Origin: Puccinia triticina
Taxonomy: Eukaryota
Length of the DNA stretch: 64,000 bases
NCBI GenBank assembly: GCA_026914245.1
Contig: CP110440.1
Coordinates: 1,612,001-1,676,000, forward strand
Reading direction: 5' to 3'
This document shows, in pieces, positions 37,522-48,096 of the stretch. Numbering within the stretch: the first letter of the stretch is position 1; each line of letters begins with the position of its first letter. The position numbers and the translations under genes were made by a program. Under the pieces are notes generated by a model. That model did no database searches. It saw nothing but the letters and a program-made list of their open reading frames with translations, and was not told the origin of the DNA.

Positions 37522-38729
37522 AAGACAAAGGGTCCGATGCTCCGCACCGTCTTCGAACGCCGCCTTTTCTGAGAAGGAAGAACAGAAGGCACGTTCGGGC
37601 TCACGAGTGTGGCGCGTGGTAGGGTTTTCGGACTTTTTGAAGCATCACGCCTCGGAGGTGCACATTGGGAGGAACTTACTTCTACCCCAAATTGCCTCCA
37701 CGGCGGACTATACTCCACCTCGCCCTCCTCGCACACCAATTTCCAAGAGAATAGTTTATGCTCGTTGCGGAGCAACCCGTCCAGACTCGCCGTGTTGCCT
37801 AAGGATGCCAAGAGACCAGAACCTTTGGGGCGGCTCACAGCAGTGGCATGTAATGCTAACGACAAGGATGGAGCATCAAGCTCGGAGGTGCATAACTGGA
37901 GAGAACTTACTTCTACTTCTCCACACCTCCGCATTGTCCCAAGATTTCCCACACGTCCCTCTGCCCCCTGCGGGCAGGAAGCTAGTTTATTCTCGTTTCG
38001 GAGGCGGATATAATCGGACGTAGATAGTTTAACCTCGTCCCGGAGGGTGTCCTGAGACAAAACTAGATTATTCTCATCGCAGAGACGGAGATCGGGGCAT
38101 AGATTATTCTCATCGCAGAGACGGAGATCGGGGCATAGATTATTCTCATCGCAGAGACGGAGATCGGGGCATAGATTATTCTCATCGCAGAGACGGAGAT
38201 CGGATGGCTGCGCCTCCGAAAGCCTGGGCACAGAACCAAGAGATTGCGGACGGCTCACGAGTGTGGCGCAAGGTAGAGTTTTTGATGATGCGGTAGTATC
38301 TACCCGGAGATGCATACTATGGAGGGGACTTACTTTTGGTTTTAGTGCCCCCGCGGAAAGCCCATGCTGCATGTCCTCCCTCGCGCTAGACTGGGGAGCC
38401 GAAGGGGTTGATCTTGAGAGATGAGAAGAGAAGAACTGAGAAAACTGAGGAATCGGAGACTTGAAAGAAATTGGGGCGATGTTTTTGAGGTTTTTCTGAT
38501 TTTCTTGATGTTTTTGACTTTGATGTTTTTCGAGAGACTGAACTGAGAGGAAAGAGACGGAAGACGGAGGCGCAGAAAATTTGAGAAGAGAAGAGGAGCG
38601 GGCCCAGGGGTGAGAAGTCGATCCCTTGGACAGAGCTTGGGGCCCTTGATTAACTCTGCCAATTGCTGGACCGACGGTCTTCATAAAAAAGCCGAGTCCT
38701 CCGAGGAGCCCTCGAGGATGCGACCGCAA
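37482..38729 (-). CDS. Gypsy ORF2, a low-complexity linker ORF between protease and RT (function unknown)
   Basis: 415 open codons in the -1 frame relative to gag, overlapping both gag and pol; contains an in-frame 36-bp repeat and three intron-like cassettes. Confidence 0.45.
   Translation of the reverse strand: MRSHPRGLLGGLGFFMKTVGPAIGRVNQGPQALSKGSTSHPWARSSSLLKFSAPPSSVSFLSVQSLEKHQSQKHQENQKNLKNIAPISFKSPIPQFSQFFSSHLSRSTPSAPQSSAREDMQHGLSAGALKPKVSPLHSMHLRVDTTASSKTLPCATLVSRPQSLGSVPRLSEAQPSDLRLCDENNLCPDLRLCDENNLCPDLRLCDENNLCPDLRLCDENNLVLSQDTLRDEVKLSTSDYIRLRNENKLASCPQGAEGRVGNLGTMRRCGEVEVSSLQLCTSELDAPSLSLALHATAVSRPKGSGLLASLGNTASLDGLLRNEHKLFSWKLVCEEGEVEYSPPWRQFGVEVSSSQCAPPRRDASKSPKTLPRATLVSPNVPSVLPSQKRRRSKTVRSIGPFVFWTAASVIRLSLP
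37569..37679 (-). other. Intron-like cassette D (111 nt)
   Basis: AA|GTAAGTTCCTCCCA...GCCACACTCGTGAGCC...CTCAG. Confidence 0.7.
37799..37910 (-). other. Intron-like cassette C (112 nt)
   Basis: AA|GTAAGTTCTCTCCA...GCCACTGCTGTGAGCC...CTTAG. Confidence 0.7.
38064..38203 (-). repeat. 36-bp tandem repeat, about 4 copies (DLRLCDENNLCP)
   Basis: AGATTATTCTCATCGCAGAGACGGAGATCGGGGCAT repeated. Confidence 0.92.
38224..38333 (-). other. Intron-like cassette B (110 nt)
   Basis: AA|GTAAGTCCCCTCCA...GCCACACTCGTGAGCC...CCCAG. Confidence 0.7.
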
Positions 38730-40825
38730 TGGGCCAGCACCCCCTTCCGGCCGTAGGCTGGGAATTCACGCTCCCACCGTCCTTTGTCGACTGGGCACAG
38801 TGTCACCTCGATGTTACGCCCACTGGGGTCCGGAAGGATGATCCTCTCCCCAGCCGTTGGGGAGAACATCAAGGTAGCTTTGAAGTCCATCAAAAAGGGC
38901 CTTCCAAGAATGAAAGGCCCGTCCGCTCGCGTGATCCAGAAGTGGCAGGATCCAACGATAGATCGACCGATCCGGATAGGAACATCCTCCGCGACTCCAA
39001 TCAGCTCGCAGGCTTGATTGTTGATCCCATAAACGGCGGAACTGAAGTTTACCCGAGGTGTGAGATTCAGCTTGACCGCGAGTGTGTCTGAGATGAGGTT
39101 GAGCTGAGATCCTGAGTCTACCAGAGGAGAAGAAATCGCTTCTCCTTCACCTACACTACAGTTAAGATACCCAAGTGGGCAGGAGTAGAGATTGGGGTCG
39201 AATTCACCGTCTGGGTCAATTCCCTCCGCTAGAGTACCGGAGTTAACCTTCAGCTCCTCAGATCCCACCTCCACGCGTCGACGGGACACCCACTTCTTCA
39301 CGCCTTCGGCAACGGCCGGCGAGGCGGCGCACAATTGGGACACAGTCACGCGTGGCACTTCAAGATCACCGATCGTCCGCAGCAGCTCAGTAACTACCTC
39401 GGGCTGCTCTCTGAGAACATCCCGCTCGAACCGCACCTTAGGCTGGGATCCTGAAGCTTTGGGCGGGGTAGCGGGTCGGCTAGGAGCGCCCTTGGCGGCG
39501 GGAGCATCGGGGTCGGGTCCATTCATGATCCGATCAAACAGCTCAGGCTCATCCGCCGGGCCACTCTTGCTGGGCTCCACCTCCTCTCGAGATGGCTTTC
39601 GGATCGGTCGTCTCGCCTGCGAGGCAGGGGCTAATGGCGCCTTAAAGGGTCTAGGCTCCTCATGGCGTTTCCTGCCCGCCGGATCAGCTTCATAAGTACC
39701 AGCGAACGACTGAGATGAGACCGCTGGTGGGTACCACATCGGTTCTAGAGATCCACAGCCCGCCTTGTACTCCGAGGAAGCCGCGTTGACTGATTGACGA
39801 GTGGGCGTCGACGGTCGAGATGGATTGGAGGCAGAAAACGTGGCCACCACGTGCCTGATCGGTCGACTGCGATCGAACGGAATGAGGGCGCCGTTAGGGA
39901 GGAAAAAGTTGGTCCCCCTCTGCTCGACCAGGCCCTGCTCCTTGTCAGCCTGAAGTTCGCGACAGTGGAGGGTGCCGTGCCTCTCCCGATGACAGTAGAA
40001 GCAAATCATAGCTGGTCGGTCCGTCGCGGTTGAGGCCGGCTCCTTCTTCAGATACTGTTCCAATGACTGGAACATCTTCGTCAGCTCATCGATCGAGGTT
40101 GACGGCACGGGAGTCGAGGCGGTCTGAGCAGGCCTGCGCTCCTCCCCCATCCGCTTCATGATGTCGTTTGAGGCATGAAACGGGGAAGCTACCGGGGCGG
40201 TAGACCGGGAATCTTCAAAAGTAAGAGCCACCTGCCCCTCCATCACCTCGTCAACCGCCGCCTTAAGGATTTTAAACTCGGGAAGACGTCGACGGTTGTC
40301 GAGGGTGACTACCAACGACTTGTCCTTGATTAGTTGATCGCGGATGCGCTCCTGGAGCCCGGGGGAAAAAGCTTGGTAGAAGTCCTTCCTGATTTCCTCA
40401 ACCGAGTCGATGTGCTTCTTCGAGACTAGATAAGACTGCAGGGGACCCCATGTCTTCTGGAACTCCTGATAGTCCGCGACCGACGCCACGCCGCCCTTTC
40501 CTTGCCACGTCGAAACAAGCGCTACCAAATCTCGCTCCGTGTAGAGCGCCTTATCGAGCCTTCCCCAATAAGAAAGCATGGAGGCCTTCAGCTTCGCCCA
40601 GTCCGGCGGCTTGTAGCCATCGAGAGTGACAATGATTTTGAAAATCTCCGGCGTGACAAAACAGCCGGCCTGACGAGCGCGATCGTGGTCAGAAGCCTCA
40701 TCGATATCAGCCGCCAGCTCATAGAATTCGATGAACTCTTCCACGTCCTTTCCGTCGAAGATCCAAGTCCTGTTCTGGGGCTTGATCTTCTTCATCTTGC
40801 TGCCAGCTGTTGAGGATTCGGCCAT
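38681..40825 (-). CDS. gag: Gypsy Gag-protease (714 aa)
   Basis: CCHC knuckle CFYCHRERHGTLHC; aspartic protease LVDSGS...ILGRPFL. Confidence 0.92.
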   Translation of the reverse strand: MAESSTAGSKMKKIKPQNRTWIFDGKDVEEFIEFYELAADIDEASDHDRARQAGCFVTPEIFKIIVTLDGYKPPDWAKLKASMLSYWGRLDKALYTERDLVALVSTWQGKGGVASVADYQEFQKTWGPLQSYLVSKKHIDSVEEIRKDFYQAFSPGLQERIRDQLIKDKSLVVTLDNRRRLPEFKILKAAVDEVMEGQVALTFEDSRSTAPVASPFHASNDIMKRMGEERRPAQTASTPVPSTSIDELTKMFQSLEQYLKKEPASTATDRPAMICFYCHRERHGTLHCRELQADKEQGLVEQRGTNFFLPNGALIPFDRSRPIRHVVATFSASNPSRPSTPTRQSVNAASSEYKAGCGSLEPMWYPPAVSSQSFAGTYEADPAGRKRHEEPRPFKAPLAPASQARRPIRKPSREEVEPSKSGPADEPELFDRIMNGPDPDAPAAKGAPSRPATPPKASGSQPKVRFERDVLREQPEVVTELLRTIGDLEVPRVTVSQLCAASPAVAEGVKKWVSRRRVEVGSEELKVNSGTLAEGIDPDGEFDPNLYSCPLGYLNCSVGEGEAISSPLVDSGSQLNLISDTLAVKLNLTPRVNFSSAVYGINNQACELIGVAEDVPIRIGRSIVGSCHFWITRADGPFILGRPFLMDFKATLMFSPTAGERIILPDPSGRNIEVTLCPVDKGRWEREFPAYGRKGVLAHCGRILEGSSEDSAFL

Positions 40826-40836
40826 AGCAAGGAAAC

Positions 40837-40943
40837 CTGCGAGGGGGGGGAGAAAGTGGAAATCGAGAGCGGCTCACGGAGTGGCGGGATGTTTTTCGAC
40901 ACGATGTAGAGTTCGGAGGTGCTACTAACTGGAGGGGACTTAC
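40837..40943 (-). other. Intron-like cassette A (107 nt), gypsy 5' leader
   Basis: AA|GTAAGT...GTGAGCC...pyrimidine tract-CAG, ending 11 nt before the gag ATG. Confidence 0.75.
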
Positions 40944-41226
40944 TTTAATACCCCTGTGCCCCGCTGGTAACACAAATCAAACCTAGAAAAGAAGGTCGAG
41001 ATCGAGAGGAAATCGATGAAGGAGAGGTTCCGATCCGCTGAAACGAGGTCCGGACCGTTCCTGAAACAAGGTTCGTGGGGGGTGGACCTTCTGGGGCGAT
41101 CGACCGAGAGTCTTGTGGAAGATTGACGAGGGGAAAGAGGACTCGGAAATCGAAGGGAGGATGATCCGGGATGGAAAGCCAACAAACAAAATAAAGAGAG
41201 CCGCCAAGCACCGCAAAACCACAGTC

Positions 41227-41276
41227 CGAGACTGTAAATCTTGAGGTCGCTGGTTCGATCCCGGCTCGGGGGACCA
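41227..41276 (-). promoter_or_regulatory. Extended primer-binding site complementary to positions 27-76 of a mature tRNA-Tyr(GUA)
   Basis: Plus strand reads CGAGA-CTGTAAA-TCTTG-AGGTC-GCTGG-TTCGATC-CCGGC-TCGGGGG-A-CCA, 2 nt from the 5' LTR. Confidence 0.88.
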
Positions 41277-41278
41277 AA

Positions 41279-42088
41279 TATGGAGCTCCGTCCGGTGCTA
41301 GGCCGGCGGCAGCGCTGGGAGGGGATAGATGCTGGGGAGCTGCCCTCTAGAGTGGTCCGGAGAGGAGTCGGAAAAAAAAAGGGATCGAAGATGGATAGCG
41401 TTTGGGTTTGAGAGAGTGGTTTTGATACGACGAGAGTATGATTCTCGTCGGCGGTGTTGTTTGGTGAACTCAGAAAGATATTGGGAATCAAGATCAGAGG
41501 CTTGGTGCGCAGAATCAGGGTTCGATCGGCAAGAATCAATAATCAGATCAATAAGATTTTATAGCCTCCGACTTGGATCAGTACAGAATGCTATGGCCTC
41601 CTATCCTCCAAGTCCGCGCTGGACTTGGAATCCTGGAGGCCTGTCACAAACATGTCATCATCTCCCTACATACAAACATGACACAGAAGAATCAAATGAA
41701 ACCAGGAAGAGAAATAAATCAACCACCACCAAACAAAGAAAGAACAATGAGCCGGACAATGATGAGAGCCAGATGAGAAGACAAAATATCTGAAACCAAA
41801 TGAGGCTGAAGGAGATAAATCAAGCAGGTGAAAAAGAAACAAGATCAAATAAACCCACAGTTATACTGTGTTAGGACCAAGAAAAAAGAAAAACGGGAAA
41901 GTGAGAATGAATAGGGGAAGGGAAAGAAAATAGAGAAGTGGAGAAGATGAGATTGATGGATTGAAGAGAAGGGAAGGGGGAAAGGAAGAGGGAATCCTGA
42001 AGTTGAGGGTGTGTGAGGTCTTGAGCTTGAGAGTCTTGCTACGGCCGCCAATCTTGATCCTGAAACGTGTACCGGGGCGGCCACCACA
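41279..42088 (-). repeat. 5' LTR of the gypsy element (TG...TA termini)
   Basis: Direct repeat of 33425-34234; begins TGTGGTGG and ends CTCCATA on minus. Confidence 0.95.
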
Positions 42089-43848
42089 CCGTAGTGATTG
42101 CAGTGTTGAGATCCTCCCATCTCTCCCGAGCTTTCTCGGACTTTTCCTTGGTTATCGGAGCCTGTGGAGCTGAGAGATATGCTTTCTGAATTTCAGTCAG
42201 ACGAAGATCAGCTGTATCGGCCTCTTTCGGGTCTGGAGCTGGGGGCTGAATCAAAGGAGTCTTGAGTGTTGCGCGTTCAAGGTTTGGATCAATTTGTGGG
42301 TCGCTTTTTTCGACAATCGGTGCATTTCGAATAAGATAGTTTTCCATCATGTCGTTATTTGGGCCAAGTGCTTCGATTCTCTTTTTCTTCCGGTCGTGTT
42401 TAGTCTGTCTTGGAAGAGCGGGGGGTACTAGTCTTTGAGATAAAGGATTTGGACTGGGAACCGGTTGCTGATAATGTGACTTCCCGGATTTTAAGAAACG
42501 TTGTTGCTTGCTTTCAATGGGGAGGGGAGGGCCAAAGAGAGATGCCCACATGTCTTGGAGAGGCGCCTCATCGTTGTCTTCAAGTGTCTCTTCATCTGAG
42601 GTTTCATCATCAATAGCGGCCTCCACATACTGCACGACATCGTTTGCCCGTTTTCGTTCTTTGAGCTCTCCATCATAAATTTCAAACACATCGTCTTCAG
42701 TTTGACGCAATAAACTGAGGTTGATTTCACCATCCTTGGAGTTTGACGGTTCAACATTGTTTTCTTCGCCGGTTGAGATTTGGCTCTGGTTGTTGTTGTT
42801 GGTCGAGCTTTGAATCACGTCCTTGTTGGTTGAGTATTGGATCTCGTCATTGTTGGTTAAGCATTCGATCTCGTCGTCATCATCTCCGGTTAAGCATTGT
42901 ATCTCGTCGTCTTCATCTTGGTTTAAGCATTGTATCTCTTCATCTTCATTGTAAGCTAAGCATTGGATCTCGTCATCGTTGTTTAAGTGTTGGCCAGCGG
43001 TCTTGCATTTCAGTTTACGGGTTGGTTTGGATTTTGTGTCTTGTTGAGATTCCTGGGCTTTAAGTTCCCTGCGGCGTCGTCGTCGTTGTGCCTTGGCAGC
43101 CTTGCTTACCGCCATGATTGAGGTGTAGTAGAAGAATTGGAGCCAGCCGTGCGGTGTTTCATTCAGAGGTGAAGGAAAATACAGGAATATAGAGTATCTA
43201 CACTGGGGAAAATCAGGAAAAATCTGAAAAACCCCGGGCCCCGGACAAAATTTTGGAAAAAAACCAGGCCCTGGCAATCCGGACCTCCAAAAATCCCCTA
43301 CAGGTCTATGCCATCCGCAACTGTAGGCTTTTGCGAAAATCTGCCAAGCTTAAAGTCGATCACCAACCCAGCATTTTTTTGGTGTGGCTTCTAGTAATGA
43401 GGATCTGCAGTCCACAGGTTTACACAACTCAACGTTGAACAATCCAAGTATCTTTGTTTCTCATGCAAACCATCTCCAAAAAGAAAAGAAGACATACAAA
43501 GAAGAGGAAAGAATGACATTCCCTGAAGCATGAAAAAAGAAAAGATAACAACAACAAACAAACAAAAAGGAGGGGACAGATAGAAGCACACACAAAAGAG
43601 CAAAAAGAAATGTATAAGGAATAGTGTGTAGATAGGAATGGGAAGGAGAGATCATATGTATTCAAGATGTATAGCGTATGCAGGATAATGGAAAAAGGAA
43701 GAGTTAATGATAATCGCGACTGTTGAAAAAGAAAAAAAAGAAAAAGAAAATACATTTCTTAAGCAGCAGACCTAAGAAAGAAGAAATGGAATGGAACTGA
43801 GAGGGGTAGAAGGAGAAGAACTCTGTTTCTCTGTGAGGCGAGAAAAGG

Positions 43849-45574
<1,726 letters not shown>

Positions 45575-47127
45575 GGTTTGTGGCGACAGCTTTCGTTGAG
45601 GTGGTGGTGTTTTTGTGGGATATTGGTGTTCTCTGGCTGGGACTGGCTGGGTGGGAGGAGTGCTGTTCTCGGCTGTGCCCGTCTGGGTTTAGAGTTCCGG
45701 ACCAGCAGATCGATGACGTAATCCCGCATCACCTCTCATAAACACATACTTGAACACATATGTATGTACATCCCTTCCGCAGCCCGGCAGCGGCCAAACA
45801 CAAAGTGCATACTCACATACAGCTGCATACGTCAATACCACTTTGTTGTCAAGTCTTGTGTCAAATGTGTCAAGTTTGCGGCCATGAAGCTGTCATTAAC
45901 CTGTCATGAGAGTGGCAGCTCCGTGAACCCCTCTAGTTTACAATCACGTTTCTGATCAATTGCTGAAGATTTTACAATTGAGCGAGTGAAATCTGCAGGG
46001 GATTGTGTGAAATCCCAAGTACAAGCTGTGTGCCACAGCTGTACCTGCTGTGGCAGAGCTAAGCAAATCCACATCAATCCCGTCAACCCCAAGAACTTAG
46101 AAGTCCCGGAGGCGGAGGCGCTTTGAGGTGGAGGTGTTTGCGCCTCCAGCGGAGGGACTTATGCGGTATTGGTGATTTTGGACTGAGAAAAATGGCCGAA
46201 AACATCATTTCCAACAAATGTTGCTATAGCTCCCTTACCTCCAAAGATATCACCCAGATTCTTGGATAATCAGAAAGCCCAGCATCTTGTTTAATTTTTC
46301 ATGCTCTTAGAGCATCAAATGTCCTCATTTGTTGCTCATAGTAACCCATTGAAGATGGGGGGGTTGCCAAAAAAGCCAAGCCTGAGCAGTGAGGTCCGTA
46401 AAACATCACTTTTAGTGCAAATCCATACACTTGCCTCAAGAAAAAAATGGCATGTATCCAGGACTGAAGTCAAAGCTTGCCAAAAAACTCGGCTGAGGGC
46501 CGGTGCTGCACAGTTTTGCTTTACGTAAGGGATAAGACACTTTTGAGGTTATTTAGCAAGGGAGGATCCCATTGAATTTGCTCGTATTTATGTATTTCTA
46601 GCTGGCAAGTTATCACTCTGTCACGTGACGGCCACACCTCCATCAATAATTCAGTATTTACATGCCTGAGGGGATTGGGAGGGCAAAGTCCCCAAAATTG
46701 CTCACTTCGATGCAAATGATTGGCTCTAGCCTACAGCACCAACGAAGATTTGCCGATGCCAAATAATCCATTTTACCAATGGAAGCAAGATTCTATGGAA
46801 CCAACCCAAACTTCACACGTTTCGCTAAAGGTGAGTGGGAAGCATTAATACGTATGAATCCTTCTGCAACTCTCGAGGAGAGACAATGAGGACAGCTGCT
46901 GCATCAAATAAGGTATCAAAGACTTTTAATTTTGAGAAATGGAGCATAACTCTATTCTAGTTTTACAGTGAGAAAGGAAAGTGGCAATCAAGCAAGCATT
47001 ATGCTGTGTGGAAACGTATGAGTCGCGTTTGGGGAAGAGATTGAGAAAAGGGGAGATTTGATCGAGGGGCCGGTAACTTGTAAAATTCAAAAAGAGAGTG
47101 AGTGTGAAGGAGACGCCGCTCAATCTT

Positions 47128-48096
47128 TTAAGGCAAGCGCCTGGACCCAACTAAGCCGCCGTTTGGTCTTCCACCAAAGCCATTGCTGAACGAGCCGCCG
47201 CGCGGTCCGCCAAGGATTCCACCCAGGTTGATTCCGATGTTGACAAATAAATTGATGTTAAGACCCAGTCCACCTAAGATGCCACCCAAGTCGATCTGGA
47301 TGCCGGAAGCGACCGTCTGACAGAAGTTTCCGAACGAGCTCATCTTTTGGAACACCTCTGTAGATGCGGACAATGTTCAATCGTTGGTTAATGTTCTTCC
47401 TTCTGGATATGTGTGCCAAAATTGGGTAGAAAAAACGAGGTTAAACGCACGAGTAAACTGTGTTTCCCATCGGTAACCATAGGTCTGTTTCCCGATGATG
47501 ATGATAGACTGGAAAGATCTGTACATTGTCGTTACAGATTGCTGGAATTGCGTCTGGAGTGGAGAAACGAATGGATAAACATGCCATCAGCCAAATGAGC
47601 TTGTTGTTCAATGATACAGGATCTCTCAAAGAGAAATGAAAGTAAAAGACGCACTTGGAAGCCACTCTGAGCCAAGCCATTATTGCAAAGGTCGTAGGAT
47701 TGGTACTGGGAGACGGTCGATTGATAGCTCTGATATAGCGTTTGGACGGATTCGTACGCAACGCTCACATCTGCTCGCTGCTCGAAGACCGACTGAGTCT
47801 GGACGAATGACTGAGACAGCGACTGCCAGCTGGTCTGGAAACTCTGGACTTGGACGGAGCAGCTTGCTGATGCGCTTGTTGCAAAATGAGGCGGATGACC
47901 GTGAGGCGGATGACCGTGACGCGGCGAGAGAGCCGGCTTTACTGTTGCAGGGATGGCATGCGCGTCGAAAGAAAAACCTGCGTTTTTTTTATTCGCAAGG
48001 TCAAGTTAGTTAGCTTCTTTGTCTCGCGCCAGGGTCAAAAAAACAAGCCTCACTGGCAACGAGCAGGAGCACCAAAGACAAAGCTTTAGAAAGCAT
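47128..48096 (-). CDS. Small secreted S/Q-rich protein with Gly/Leu-rich C-terminus, paralog 1 (4 exons)
   Basis: Signal peptide MLSKALSLVLLLVAS; same exon pattern as 52232-53160; C-terminus GLNINLFVNIGINLGGILGG. Confidence 0.8.

Larger units (their letters stand above)
33425..42088 (-). mobile_element. Full-length, very young Ty3/gypsy LTR retrotransposon (8664 bp)
   Basis: Two 810-bp LTRs with no difference seen; CCGT 4-bp TSD; PBS next to the 5' LTR; PPT GGGTGGTAGA at 34235-34244; gag-PR, RT-RH-IN order. Confidence 0.96.
31339..43115 (-). pseudogene. Transposase of the mariner-like element. Exon 1 43115-33044 (split by the gypsy insertion), exon 2 32962-31669, exon 3 31579-31339 (apparent 1-nt frameshift near 31525)
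   Basis: Removing the gypsy element joins NTAITTV-TALLKHK in frame. Motifs FHDES, FDCSSAH, FLPKFHCELNPID, and C-terminal TIRKYF..KKYKSHR. Confidence 0.85.
30975..43323 (-). mobile_element. Tc1/mariner-superfamily DNA transposon (~3.7 kb once the nested gypsy is removed)
   Basis: 29-bp TIR CAGTTGCGGATGGCATAGA(A/C)CTGTAGGGG at 30975-31003 and 43295-43323, each flanked by TA. Confidence 0.9.

Noticed and set aside
34306..40943. Known self-cleaving ribozyme as the identity of the five cassettes
   Set aside because: No hammerhead CUGAUGA/GAAA core or HDV-like nested pairing visible by eye; GT..AG ends fit introns better. Not computationally excluded.
41227..41276. tRNA-Tyr gene
   Set aside because: Lacks the 5' acceptor strand and D arm/A box, includes CCA and abuts the LTR, so it is a PBS rather than a gene.
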